The notes under the pieces: model-generated
Database searches by the model: none
What the model was told of the DNA's origin: nothing
What the model saw: only the letters and a program-made list of their open reading frames with translations
Translations under genes and position numbers: made by a program
Shown: piece by piece, positions 37,556-51,088 of the stretch
Layout of the letters: the number at the start of each line of letters is the position of its first letter
Position numbering within the stretch: the stretch's first letter is position 1
Assembly (NCBI GenBank): GCA_000165425.1
Contig: CT868059.1
Span: forward strand, 1 to 64,000
Reading direction: 5' to 3'
Source: Paramecium tetraurelia
Taxonomy: Eukaryota
Length of the DNA: 64,000 nt

Positions 37556-38235
37556 ATGCATAAACATAACAAATCCAATCAATAACCATAACACAAGGCA
37601 AAAATTACAGTTATTGGGAATCTGGGAGTTGGCAAAACTTAGCTAATAAGCAAGTTTTGTGACTCCCTCAATTCCAATCAGTATGTGACATCTCAAGATA
37701 TACCCATAAACCTATTAAAAGGGAGAGATTTTCAATCAAAAACTATAGTTCTCCAAAATAAAAATTTCATGTTAAATCTGCAAGATACTTCTGGCGATAA
37801 GAAATTCCAAGTAGTTACAGAGGTTTTCATAAAAGGAGCAAATGCAATTATAATTGTGTTTGATCAACACAAACTCTCCACTTTCCAAGATGTTAAATAT
37901 TGGATTGATTTGGTAAATAAAGTCGACTCCAAAGTCCAACACAAAATTTTGATTGGTATCCTATTCAAATAGACATAGGCAACAAGTGTGATTTGGAGAA
38001 ATAATTTGAAGAAAACGAATTACAACAATTAATAAACGAGGAGAACCTAATATACTACGAAACATCAATCAAGGAAAACATAAACATAGAGGTCGTGATT
38101 TCCAGAATTGTGGATTTGGTTTCAGAAGATTATCCAACAAGTGATGAAATTCAACATTTGAGTTCAATCATTCTAGAAGAACATAATAAATCAAAAATGC
38201 GAGATTCTTGTTGTATTAATTGTGTAATTATGTGA
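37556..38235 (+). CDS. Divergent Rab-like GTPase
   Basis: GNLGVGKT, QDTSGD, GNKCD, ETSIK, C-terminal SCCINCVIM. Confidence 0.88.
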
Positions 38236-38865
38236 TAACCCCGGCATATGCATGATTAAATCTATAAAATTATTATCGACCAAATCTAATTAAGCTAGTT
38301 TGTTATTTAATAAAGATTCTAAATCTACGCTCTCTATATAATCATTTCAATAACACCCACCGTTTACTTAAATGTAACACAAAACTACTTTGGTTTTTGA
38401 TAAATCCTTATTGAAAGCATTAATAGCATCTTGGAAGGCTAAAGTTAACTTATTTTTTTTGGATCAATATACATTATTCTTGAGACCCAAAAAACTACGT
38501 TTACAAATTTGATAATTTATCAATTAATCATGTAATTTATTATAATGCCACTTTTTCAGAAATAAGTATAATTAAATTTCTATATTTGTAAAATCACCGT
38601 TGACAAAAATTCATTATATTTCTCTTCAAATACTAGAATCTTTTCAAGAACAGATTTTCTTACCATAATGAACCAATAAATCAAAACTACCTTACACCTT
38701 TATTGATTATCCATAGTAATTTATACGAATTTAATGGTTTAATATCTCTATCACATTTGCTAATTATTATAACAGGCAAAAATTTTTATTGTTTAGTAAA
38801 AGATTAAAATAAGATTAAGTAAATGCTTGACATTCTTTAATATTTTTAGAATAAATATTAGAATT

Positions 38866-40149
38866 ATGAGAATACTAATCTTGACTTTAATTCTTTAATT
38901 ATGCAATTGTGAATAATTTATGCAAATTGACATTGGTTATTAACCATGGGAGTAGAATTTCATACAACGAAAAATAAATCAAACGTTATAGTTAAAGGTA
39001 AGCAAGGCGAAGCAACGAAGGTATGTTATTATTGAATTATTTGTTATCACAAGAAAACAATTTGCTAATATATTATTAATGTAATCTTATTAGGAGGCTC
39101 CTTTCTTTGAAAACAATACATCCAAGAAAAAAATTAGATATGAAAATGCTGACATATACGGGTATTTAATGAGAATATAAAAATAGAAAATAATAATAAA
39201 AAAAATATCACTATATTGTACTAGATTAAGAAAACTCGACTGAGTTTAGTTAGTACTTAGTGATAATGACGAATCAAACCACTCAATATAAATTGGTTAT
39301 AAAGAATTTGTCTGAAATGCCTTGTCCTAACAATTGTAGCAATAATGGAATTTGTAGGGTATAAATTTGATACAAGTTTAGAACGGCGTTTGTATTTGCA
39401 ATCCTGGATATTTGGATCATGATTGCTCAGAAGAAGGGTTAAGAATAACTCCATTTGTACAATTTCAATAGTAAAAAAATAGTGCAACTGTGAAATACAT
39501 TTGCATATGTTTTAACTACACTCTTGGTTTCAATATGCTTATTAAATTTTCTTAATAATGGGAGAATGTTTCTGATGTGAGAGTGCAAATCTTGATATCC
39601 TAGAAATTCAATTTACCCTCTGATTATAATAACACTTATGATGAAATTATAAATACAACGAAAATTGGCAAATATAAAGTATTATCAAATGTCAATCCAC
39701 TTGATATTGAATAAGTTAGTATTTCAAATTAATCTTATTCTTTGTTAATAAAAATAATATCTAAGAACTTAGTACAATGTTGTATTTCGATCGATTTTTA
39801 AGGATTGGAATATTAGGAGGAAGAAAAAATGCTTAAATTGCTAGTAATACTTGGCTTAATTGGTTTTTTTTTATTAATTTTTGGGATTATTGTATACTAT
39901 TGTTATAAACCGAAATCAACAAAATCAAATTTAGAAGGGCTATATTAACTCGCTAACCAGGAGGATTTATAAAAATTTCCTGAATGCCCTATTTGTTTGG
40001 AAAACTTTGAAATAAATAAATTAGCACTGTTGGCCCGATTAGAATGCTAACATATATTTCACATTCAATGTTTGAGTATGTGGAAAACCCATTAGAACAA
40101 AAAAACACCTTATTCAATTTGTCCTTGTTGTAGAAAAGCTATAGTGTGA
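38866..40149 (+). CDS. Signal peptide-EGF-TM-RING-H2 membrane E3 ligase
   Basis: MRILILTLIL; CPNNCSNNGIC..GVCICNPGYLDHDC; TM; CPICLE..CQHIFHIQC..CPCC. Confidence 0.85.
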
Positions 40150-40275
40150 TAGTTTCAATTAAATGGGTTAAATGAGTATATTCTATGTTACTTATTGGTA
40201 TAATTAAAAATTAACTAATTAAAATTCGATATAAGTACATAAACAAAAATAATCATGTAGTATTTGCGGAACGAG

Positions 40276-41604
40276 TCACTGCTATTGTTCCGAAAGTATT
40301 TAAGGACAATTTGGACAGTATAATTAGCGACTTTTTTTAGAGTAAAATTATAATAGACATTTTTCATGGAAATTATGTTCTTATTGACAAGAATTTATTT
40401 TAACAACAATCTCATCGTTCTTACTTTTTAGACTTTACTAGCACAAATAGCAAATATCACAATCAGTTACTAATTGAACTTGTGTAACCTGATTTCCAAT
40501 TAACTCTCCTTTTTTAATGTTACGCCTTATTATAAAGAAGAGTCCCAAAATAATAATGACTCCTACGATAATAACAGGTAAAAGCCATTCTAATAGATTT
40601 TTGGTATTTCCGTACTTCGACCTCTATTAGAAGGATATTGATAGTGAAGCATTAGGAGTATTACACAAAACTGCGATAATCATTCTAGAGGGTAAACTAA
40701 TCTGCATTGTCCAAGTTCCATTTAATAGATTTTTATCGTCCTAATCAGTGTCTTCACTCAGAAAGTCATCTTAATCTAAATCTTTAAAGCCTTTTGAACT
40801 AATTATCTGAGCAAGAGGCGTGGACTTATTAAATTTTCCATAGAAGTCATAAAACCTCGGAGTAGGTAAAGAGATAACAGAGGAAACGATTTCAAAGACA
40901 CTAATATTTTCTTGGCTATCAGTCTATAAAAATATTTGGAAAAGCTTACATAAAATATTAAATCTAATTCCTTTGATTTTTCCTGTTATTGATAATAAAA
41001 AAAAGTTACATTATTTGATAAAGTTTAATTTCTCCAGGTCTAAATTTCTAACTCTGTTGCTTTGATAGAGCAATCTTTTCCTATGTAATTTGAAATACAA
41101 ACACAACGTCCTCGAATACAATTTCCATAGTTATTGCAATTATTTAAACATTTTGATGTATTAGTACCTGTTAATATTAAATCAAATGTAATCGAAATAT
41201 TACTGAGAATTGTAATAAATTTAGGAATAAACTAGTTTTCAATGAATAAATAATGGTTTTTCTTTTTTAGTGCAAAACTATATGATTATGCACAATTAAT
41301 ACCTGTCATAATCCATATCTTTAAATTATAAGGTTTTATTGGTCTCTAATGTTGGAAATTTTTCATTGTATAAAACAGCCATTTTTGATTTGTCTTTAGA
41401 GGTTTACTGAAATTGGACAATGAGATATTCGAATTATTCCCCTTCTATCTGAATGGTAGTGTTGAATAGGAATGTTGAATTAAATTATGATATGGTTTGA
41501 TAAGTTTCTGTAATCTTTGGCGTTGATTATGAAACAGATAAGTTGAATGCTAATGTTTCAAGAAAAAGGAGATTGAATATAATAATCTATGATAGCAAGT
41601 TCAT
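40276..41604 (-). CDS. Signal peptide-EGF-TM-RING-H2 membrane E3 ligase
   Basis: CLNNCNNYGNCIRGRCVCISNYIGKDC; WLLPVIIVGVIIILGLFFII; CYLC..CQQEHNFHEKC..CPNC. Confidence 0.85.
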
Positions 41605-41683
41605 ATGCAATTATGAAATATTAATTATTAACATGTGACCTTCCAATAATTTATTTAAGTGTTGTCAACGATGTACTAAACTT

Positions 41684-42400
41684 ATGGAAACAAATAAAAT
41701 ATATAGAATAATTATACAAGCAAGAAGAAGGACTTTTTTTATATATATTATTATTATTCATGAGAACTAGTTCCTTTGTCCCAACATTATTATCAAATAC
41801 ATCGAAATCTTGGATGGACCATTAATCAAGAGAGTAGCATCAATCAACATCACACCTTTTTCTCATCAATTAAGTGTTGTAGAAATCAACTCAAAATCTA
41901 TTATAACAACAAGTTCTTGTCTATAGTATAAACGATAAAAACTATTCAGCTTGTTGAGGTTGGACTACTCTTAAGTGGACAATTAAATTAAGGTGATTTC
42001 GATTAAACAAGCACTCCTGATGAACAAGAATTCAACATAAATTTTTACGAAAAAGTATATAAATAATTTGGTATTCTAGAACTCCTACACTATACTTGTA
42101 TTTATTAAATGGAGAAACAAAGAGTCTGATAATTAAGAAGCTGTAATTCTGAATCACCAATGCAAACATTTATTTTTGGAATAGATACAATATTAAACAG
42201 GATAAAATGGAATTTTTTATGATATTGATCAGTTTAAGTAAATTTGGATAAGAACACTCAAATTTATAAGTGAAACAGCAAAGTTCAACAGAATAAAAAT
42301 GCTGAATTGTAAATAGCAAATGAAAATGGGAAATAGATTTTTGCACTATCAATTTGGTTAGAGTCATTAACAATTAGAAAGGAGTGGGTCACGCATGTGA
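41684..42400 (+). other. Unassigned 238-codon code-6 ORF or decayed gene
   Basis: No in-frame TGA but no recognisable motif; other frames also look coding in places. Confidence 0.25.
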
Positions 42401-42608
42401 AATTAAAGAATGCTCTATTATTATCGATGAATATCTGTTGATATTTTTTGTACTAGAGTTGATGCTTAATAAAATTGCACACTCTAGTTCTCTGGTTTCA
42501 TTTAATAATTGTGCAAATAGAGAAACAAGTTTAAGTAATAGAGTTATCAAGGGAAAATGCAAAATTCAAGTAAGCGTATTCATTATGATTGAATATATAT
42601 TTATTTTA

Positions 42609-42877
42609 TCAAAACAAACTCCAATTAGTAGTGCACCCGGGGATAAAGAGTCGGCTTGAATAGAGATTTATCATATTTACATCTCGCACTCTTCACCCAA
42701 CCAACCATTTGCACAATAACCTTCTTTACAACAGCTCTGGGATAAAATTCCACAAATCGAGCCCTTAGAATTGTAGCATAACTAAAGGTAAATAAATGAT
42801 ATTACGCTTCTGCAAGTAGGTCCCCAAATGGACTAAACTGAATATAACAAAAGCAATATTATTATTATTATTTTCAT
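42609..42877 (-). CDS. Small secreted 8-Cys peptide (72 aa), knottin-like
   Basis: MKIIIIILLLLYSVQS-IWGPTCRSLCYNSKGSICGILSQSCCKEGYCANGWLGEECEIRLFIPGCTTNWSLF*; introns of 24 and 26 nt. Confidence 0.8.
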
Positions 42878-42919
42878 TAAGATTATATTAAAGAAGAATA
42901 AATTATTTAAAAAGTGAAA

Positions 42920-45708
42920 ATGAAATAATTAGAGATGAATGGTACTTAATTGCTTTCTCAGAAAAAATAAGATTTATGGAATATTTTCAAAAGAGATCAT
43001 TCAATTGCCATTTTTTTTTGTTTTTAATTAACTATAAACGCACTCGTGATAATCTAATATGACTCCGAACTAATTTTTACAATTACAGTTTGTATTCTAA
43101 ATACAATTTTTGCAATAACCACTTAATTGATTGCACTTACTAATAAAACCATCCTATTTAAGAAAATCTGTATATTTATCAGTAAATTATCTACACTATT
43201 AATTATTGCATTACTAGACATATAATTGAAGAGCGCTTTGATAATACTTTTGCATTCCTTTGAAGTCTAAGAAGCGGATAAAAAGTATTTTTGCTACTTT
43301 GAAATCATTGCAACCAGAGCCATCACTCTCTTCATTATCATCATCAATTTTGACTTAATAGCAATCATATCAGTATCATTCTAATTGATTTTGGAACTAA
43401 ATCGCTTGCTCCAAGACAGAGAAGTGAAGTAGATCGTATAAAATCAAAAAAGCCCAATGGCCTTAAGTCTGATTTCCTAGTAAGAATAGGATAACTTGTG
43501 GAAAAATAGAATTTAAATGATTCCTGTATCATTTATAATGATTGATTCAAAAACCCAAAAAATCAATTTCAAAAACAGGACAGCTCATCACTTCTTTTCA
43601 ATGTTTTGCGAGAGTGACTAGGAATTCGAGGATCTCCTCCTCCATAAATTGCAATTCAATTTAGTTCAAGACAACATAGATCAGATTTGTCAATCCTTCT
43701 CCTACTTAAAAATACGCCAAAGACTCAGAAGCAAATAGAATCGTTTCTCTTAGTAGGACAATTAGAACTGCGCCACTCCACTTCCCCAATCAGGATCCTC
43801 AGCAATATAATGTATATCTTCAAAATAGGGCGATTCCTTCGATCACAATGCCCTTAAATTTACTTTGGCAGAAATTATAACAAACCTTTCTGATGGTCTC
43901 TTCTAGGAATACATCATAAATAATTCTTTGGAATTGCTTTGTCATCAAAACTATTTAGGACTTGTGGAAAATGCTAATACTAATCATACTCAATAGAAGA
44001 AATTCTAGTTGTCTGGGTCCATCTTGACCAATCAACAAAACGAAGAGATAATACTCCTTCTTAATGACATATCCAAGTAAAATGAACTATAATAATTGAT
44101 CTCTTAGGATGAATTCAAATCGAAAGTAAGTATAATAAATATTATTTTTAGATTGTAGAATCCTTTTCACATGAATTGAGAACCCCTTTGAATGGAGCCA
44201 TTAATTTTCTATCTGCCTTTTTGTAAGACACTGATCTTACTGAAGCAAATAAAAAATAATATATAATTCCAGCAATAAACTCTCTTAGGATCTAATCATA
44301 TTTGATTAGTGACATAATAGACTTCACATCTGCAAGTTCAAACAATTTAGAGCTCTTCATTAAGGAGTTTTCTATGCGAGAATTAATTAATGAGATTACA
44401 TCTCTTTTTACAATGTAATTTGCAGAGAAACATCTTGAATTTAGAGTAGATCTAATGGATTGTTATACTAATTCAGTGACCAGTGATTATAGTAAACTAA
44501 TGTAAATATTGGTGAATTTACTTCAGAACTCCATCAAATTCTCAACTGAGGGATTGATTGTCCTGAAAATTTAATCTCAAACTAAGGAAATTCTTAAATT
44601 TACTGTTACGGACATGGGACAAGGAGTTTCCTAGTCCAACATTTCATAAATTCAATTGTAATTAAATAATTTGAAGAATCAGAAGGAGATTCAATAAAAT
44701 AAGAAGTGGCATGGATTTGGATTATTGATATCTGCTACATTAGTTTAGAAACTAGGACCATCTGATAAGAGCACCATTAAGTTTGAGTCAGATGGAATCA
44801 ACATGGGTTCTAAGGTATCTTTTTTTATTAAGAATTAATAAGTGAAACATAATAGTATTAAGTAACCTACAATTAGATAAAACACATAAAGGTTTTAGAG
44901 TTCTGTACATTTGACTTCTTCGTTCAACAATCTCAATGGTACAATAATTTAAACATCGGACTAGGGATTGGTAATGAAGAATACTCAAAAATAATAAAAA
45001 ACCAAAATTAGCTCATAAAAATCTAATGATAATTCCATGTTTAGTGAAAGTGTTGTTTTGGACTCTTTGGATTAGAAGTTTAGTTTGTTGCATCCTGTTG
45101 AACCTTCCTTGATTACCAATATCCTTTGTGGTTCTCCTTAAAAGCAGGTCGATAGGAAACCTTTTGTCAAGAACGAGAACTCCTCATAAAGATCGAATAA
45201 CTCAAAGATACTGAGCGTACAATTCATTAAGTAGGCAGAAGAACAGGAGGATGAGGAATTGCTGTAAACGTATAAGAGGCGGAAGAAATGTCAATGTCAA
45301 AGGATTATGTCTGTGGATGATGAAATATTCAACCAGAAGTCAATTCAGATGTTGTTATGCAAATTGGGATTCGAAGTTATTCTAGTAATTTTGTTATTTT
45401 ATATTTAGGCATTCAATGGACAATAAGCTTGCGTTGATATTTTGAACATTAAAAAATGCGGGAAGAAGTGTTCATTATTAACTCTCATCTTGATGGACTA
45501 CTAGATGCCCATTCTAAATGGGTGTCAGGCTTCAGAGAAATTGATTCAGATGATGAATGATAACATTATACCGAAAATTCACATTGTTGGTTTAACTGCT
45601 TTTACGAATTCAAACGATATTGAAAATTGTTTAAAAGCAGGAATGAGTGATGTCCTGCATAAGCCGCTTAATCTAAAGGAATTTAAGGAAATTCTTACTT
45701 TAATTTGA
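42920..45708 (+). CDS. Membrane hybrid histidine kinase 2
   Basis: SFSHELRTPLN; QILVNLLQNSIKFS; TDMGQG; WHGFGLLIS; SVDDEIFN; LMDYQMP; LHKP. Confidence 0.93.
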
Positions 45709-45881
45709 TAAACCTAAACCATTTTTATATTAATACTTTATGTTTTGAAAAAATTAATGATTTTACTGTTAAATTTATATATTATATACTTGCGAAAATA
45801 ACAATAAGTTGTCCTTACTTTGATTTAATATATATTATTTTAAATAATAATATTTTTCATAGGCTATTAGAATCACTAAGC

Positions 45882-48580
45882 ATGAACAAGAAATCACCGG
45901 CGAAAGATATATTTCTTTATAAAACTCTTTTCTTACTAGCAATACAAATGATTTTAAATATTTGTCTAATTAATGAATTGACAGAAATGAAATCCAGCTT
46001 AATTGTTATTATTCTCAAAATAATATTAGATATAATCTCATGCTCTTTTTTATATCTATTAAAGAATAAACTTACTCACAATATAATGTTGAATATCATA
46101 TTTGTAAATAGGATACTTGAAATTGTTGTAATTTCAATAATACAATTACCTAGTGGCATATATTTATCTATTCAAATGATGTATTCGTTGGATATTAAAA
46201 CTGATTAATGCATGGCAAAAATAGCCTTGCTGGCTAATATTTCCGGAAAATTAAGCCTAATATTATCAGTATGTTTAATTTAGATTGATGCATTAACTTT
46301 CGTTTGCTCATTAACATTAATATCCCTTGATATTTTAAGATTCATTTAATACTAATAGAAGTATCAGAGTAAAACTCATTATTTGCAATTACAATTGAAT
46401 GAAAAGCAGTCTCCCTCTGAATACTCAAAAACAAGTGACAATATTTGGAGACAGCGAATTTAAGATATGAATGTGTAAGTGTTGATATTGAGTTATTCGA
46501 ACCTATGTGTTAAATACATAAATTAATGCTTTATGGAATTGTTTAGATGTACCATGGAAGAAGAATTACAGAAAATTATTTTACAAGAATTAAATTTTTA
46601 GATACCTTAGCAATACACTGAGATTTTCAAAAGTGCCTCACTCCAGATGAAAAAGTTAAGAGATAAATAAAGAGATCCCTCTTGCAGAGAGTTTAAGAAT
46701 TTGGAATCGACCAAACAGGTTATTACTATATAGACAAAAACTTTAGAGCAAATTCTTGAAGAGTATAAATAAGGGATTTACGAGTCTTTAATTCAAGCTT
46801 CTAGAAATAAGGCTCTTGATATATCTTGCACTCTCAAATTGCAGAATTGCAATCCTATTTCTCTAAGTGGGTAAATCATTAGCGACAACCAAGAGATCAC
46901 TATCTTTTTAAATGACATCTCAAAATAAACTGAATTATCTTAATAGAAAATCAAGGATGACTTCAAATCAAAGATCATTGAATCATTTTCTCATGAAATG
47001 AAAACACCCCTGAACAGTGCTAAAAATCTGATAGAATCAGCAATTTCAGAGTCCTAAATTGATAATACTATCAAGAATTAGTATTTGCATCCAGCATTTA
47101 ACTCATTAAAACTCTAATCATACATTATCAATGACATAATAGACTTTTCAAACTATTATGCAAATTCATTGCATCTCTAGACTAAAGACTTTACGTTCAA
47201 AGAGTTGATAAATGAAATTAGTGGGTTGTTTTAGTAATAATTCGAGATGAAGAATATGGGATTGAAAATAGTGATGGTGAAGAATAGCTTTCTAACATTT
47301 AATACTGACTACAATCGTCTAATATAAATAATAGTGAATTTGTTGGCTAACTCATTAAAGTTCTCATACAGTGGCAATGTGGTTGTTCGGTTTAAATCGC
47401 TTGAGTAGAATATTTTGAAAATATCCATCAAGGATTAGGGGATTGGTATTGAGTAAGAGAAATTGGATAGAATCCAGAAAACTCTAAGCCAATTCCAAGA
47501 GACATCGGATTTCATCTACAATAAGAATTGGCATGGATTTGGACTGTTAATTTCATCAATTTTATTGACCAAGCTTTCAAATAATGCAAATAAATAGTTA
47601 TTGTAAATTAAAAGTAAAGGAAAGAGTTTGGGAACAAAAGTTATCATCTTAGTTGAGGACTAGAATAAAGTGGAAGACCAAAATAGAGGGTATTCGATTA
47701 TGATCTCGAGAAAATCAGTTAGATTTGGAACAAAAATAAATTCACAAAATAAAATATAAATTGGAACTGTCATTGTGACTTCAGTAAAGCCGGTGTCGAA
47801 CTTCTAAAATAATGATGTTGTGACTCCACAATTTAAAACAATAGAGTTATAAACAGATATGATATCAATCGATAAATCCAGTGATTTCTTTCCCTTAAAT
47901 AATAAACTCAAAGAATTGAGATCGTCTGATCCCAAGTTGATCAGTGATCTAAACGATTCACAAAGCTCGGATTAGAGTGAAAATATCAAATTCGGACAAT
48001 TAGGGTAATCAAACGATCCTCCTTCAATTCAATAGCAATTTAAAGATGTAAAGTCAAGTAGGAGTTCTCGGTCACAGGTTTTTAGTATAAAATAATTAAA
48101 ATTATTGGAGGATTAGGAGAGCCAGTAAAATCTATTGAATTTTGCTCAAAAAAAGAAATGTCAGTGTCGAAGGATACTCTCAGTAGATGATGAAATCTTC
48201 AACTAACATTCCTTATGCATGTTGCTTCAAAAACTGGATTTTGAAGTATTGGTGGTTAGTATTAAATAGTATAACCTTAGGCTTTCAATGGGTAACAGGC
48301 AATAGATAAGTTGAACCAATTAAAGAAGTGCTGCGATAATTGCTAATTGCTTGATGTGATCTTAATGGATTATCAGATGCCAATACTGAATGGAATTGAA
48401 ACTACAAAAATCATTTTGGAGATGATAGAAGCCAAAAAGATCCCCTTCATCAACATCATTGGTTTAACAGCATTCACAAGTGAATCAGACATAGTAAATT
48501 GTTTAGATGCAGGCATGACTTATGTATTATCTAAGCCTTTGAACCTAAAAGACTTTAAGGACTTATTGTCAAATTTATGA
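45882..48580 (+). CDS. Membrane hybrid histidine kinase 3 (tandem paralog of HK2)
   Basis: SFSHEMKTPLN; NLLANSLKFS; KDQGIGI; WHGFGLLIS; SVDDEIFN; LMDYQMP; LSKP. Confidence 0.93.
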
Positions 48581-48606
48581 AATTGTGTTTTATATATGAA
48601 TGATTT

Positions 48607-49432
48607 TCACTTCAAATTTATTGTACATCCTGCTGCTGTTAACTTTTCCTTTAATTCATTGGCTTTCTCCTTAGGCACCTGCTTTCCTAAATTGGCTGGC
48701 AATTTCTCAACTAAATCCTTGGCTTCTTTCAATCCCAAATTGAGCAGTTACCTAAATTGATATCATTCAAAAATACCTAACTTCCTTGATAATCTTGATC
48801 TTCTGAGCTGCATCAATAGCACTCAATTCAACATCGTAATTTTTTTTCTTGATTTTACTAGCATAATTACCTCCGCCTCAACTTTTGGTGCAGCTTATGC
48901 CTGCTTCTCTTCTTGCTTTGGTGCTTCTTTTGTGGCAGCACTTTGGGATGACGCTTAACTTCCCGCTGATCCTATACCACCGAAAATAGCTTTGAAATCA
49001 GGCTAAGTAATTTAGTGAATTCTCTTACGACATTCTCTCCGAACAGCTCTTTCATGTAGGCTTCAATTTATTCCTTCTCTTTTGGAGGCCAAGTTGGTAC
49101 TTCATTTTGTTTGATCACAGGCCAATTTGAATTAAGCTCAAAGATACCAATGCCTTGGGCCTTGTAGTGATTTTCATTCAGCAAACTCATTAAACATTAC
49201 AATTCGAAAAGATCTAATTCGCAACATGCATCAGCTATTGCCTACACTCGTGTTTTTTAATCCTATGTTAATGTTTATTCTAAATATTCTTTTTGTCTTG
49301 ACATTAATTGTTTATTTACTATTATGTTTTCTATTTAGCTATGCTTGACCATTCAGCCTATTTTTTAGTAATTTCTTCCAGAGATGTACAAAATCTAAAT
49401 TGTCTGAATAGTCTTATACTTTTTGTTAACAT
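48607..49432 (-). CDS. MRPL12: Mitochondrial ribosomal protein L7/L12
   Basis: Presequence-like N-terminus; [44 protein letters not shown]. Confidence 0.92.
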
Positions 49433-49899
49433 AATTTAATTTTAATTAATATATATTTATATACTACTTTTCATTTATCGATTATTCCAAGTAATCCTCT
49501 ATTACTTATAAGTAGATAACATAAAGAGTAAGATTGTTAAATATTTATAGATTTTATAAATTTAGGTGTTATGAATTCAATATGTGTTGAATTTTTATTA
49601 TAGATTTTTTCATTTACTCCACTTAAACAACAATAAATTGGTTTTTGAATGTTATTTGCTTAAATACATAATCTATTGATATTGTAATTACTTAATTGCT
49701 GTCATTTTGATTTTGCTGATCTTATTAAATAGATGATATTTAAAATATAGATCAACAGAGTTTTTTATAAGTATAATTAATTTTGACTTTGTTTACTATT
49801 CGATTTTAATTACAATATTTTACTATTTTATTAATAGGATTGTCATAGGCTTTTACTATGTAGATTAAGACAATTACTATTGGATTATCAAAATAATTA

Positions 49900-50605
49900 T
49901 AACTAAATATATATTAATTTAATAATTGGTGCAGTAGAAGAAGCTGAAACAGGCAAGTAGACAGATGAAAATTAAGAATTTTATAGTCTTAACAAATTTT
50001 AGAGTGAGTTCATTACAATTGATGTAGCGATAAATATTGGGATAAATCTTAGAAGATATAAAGTTAAAATAATTGAATTTCAGATTTTGCTGAATTCTCC
50101 TTTTAACCTGTTAGTTAATTAAACCATCGATGAACATTTATTTCTACTATTACTTTTAAACATGAATTAAAGATAACTAAAGATTGAAGATTAGAAAAGA
50201 AGGGATTTGGAATGTCAAAATAGACAGTATTTCATTAAACCATAATCATTTGCTATATCACCTAAATTTGAATGTGGACAAGGTTACCTATAACTCTTAA
50301 ATAATCCAAGATATTAAATCACTATATCTATTGACCAATTCAAAAATTGTCTTAAGTTTCTTGAGTAAAAAGTCTTGCAATTGAATTTAAATATTCATTC
50401 TTATACTACCTGCTTATATGATTATTTTATCTCGAAAGAGAATGAAACCAAAATATTATTATTTTATAATAAATAATTTAAAATCAATTAATTAAACTAT
50501 AATTTAAGTCTATATGAAGAACAGAGGAGAACTATTCATAATTTGAATAGTAGTGATTTGAGTTAATGTGAAATAGATAATGAAGTAATTTTAAAGAAAT
50601 AATGA
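49900..50605 (+). CDS. Hypothetical protein, 5' end unresolved
   Basis: Open code-6 frame of more than 220 codons ending TAA TGA. Confidence 0.45.
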
Positions 50606-50631
50606 AAAAATAAATAAATAATTAATAATAT

Positions 50632-51059
50632 TCAAACAAATCCTAATTCTTTTTCTGAGTCTTAAACTCTATTCTCAAGTACGATAGTATTTTATTGTAA
50701 TTTAATTCTGTCTTAATTGATCTAATCTACTTATTGTTTAAGAAATTGATGTTGTTCCAATTGCAATGCATTTTGTTCATGAAACTCTTGCATCAATCTT
50801 CGATATTCATCATTCAAATATTAATTTGCGTCATCAAATGAATCAGTGGTCTTTTGAGACAACTCAATTAAATTATTACGCAATTGCTCTTTTTCCTTCT
50901 TTATCATGTCCAAATCATCCATTTGTTATTGCAATAATAGCTACTTTTAGCAGACTGACTTACATCCAATCTGCACAAATGATTTTTGACAGGCATTTTG
51001 AGAGTGAATTCCTCCTGTTCATCTGGTAAGAGATCCTAAAAATCGTTATTATAAGCCAT
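50632..51059 (-). CDS. Small coiled-coil protein
   Basis: MAYNNDFQDLLPDEQ...LENRVQDSEKELGFV*; two introns. Confidence 0.75.
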
Positions 51060-51088
51060 GTAATTAATTAATTAATGATAAATAAATA

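Noticed and set aside
33778..48580. Bacterial contamination or recent HGT suggested by histidine kinases
   Set aside because: The genes use TAA/TAG as Gln and carry tiny spliceosomal introns like their neighbours
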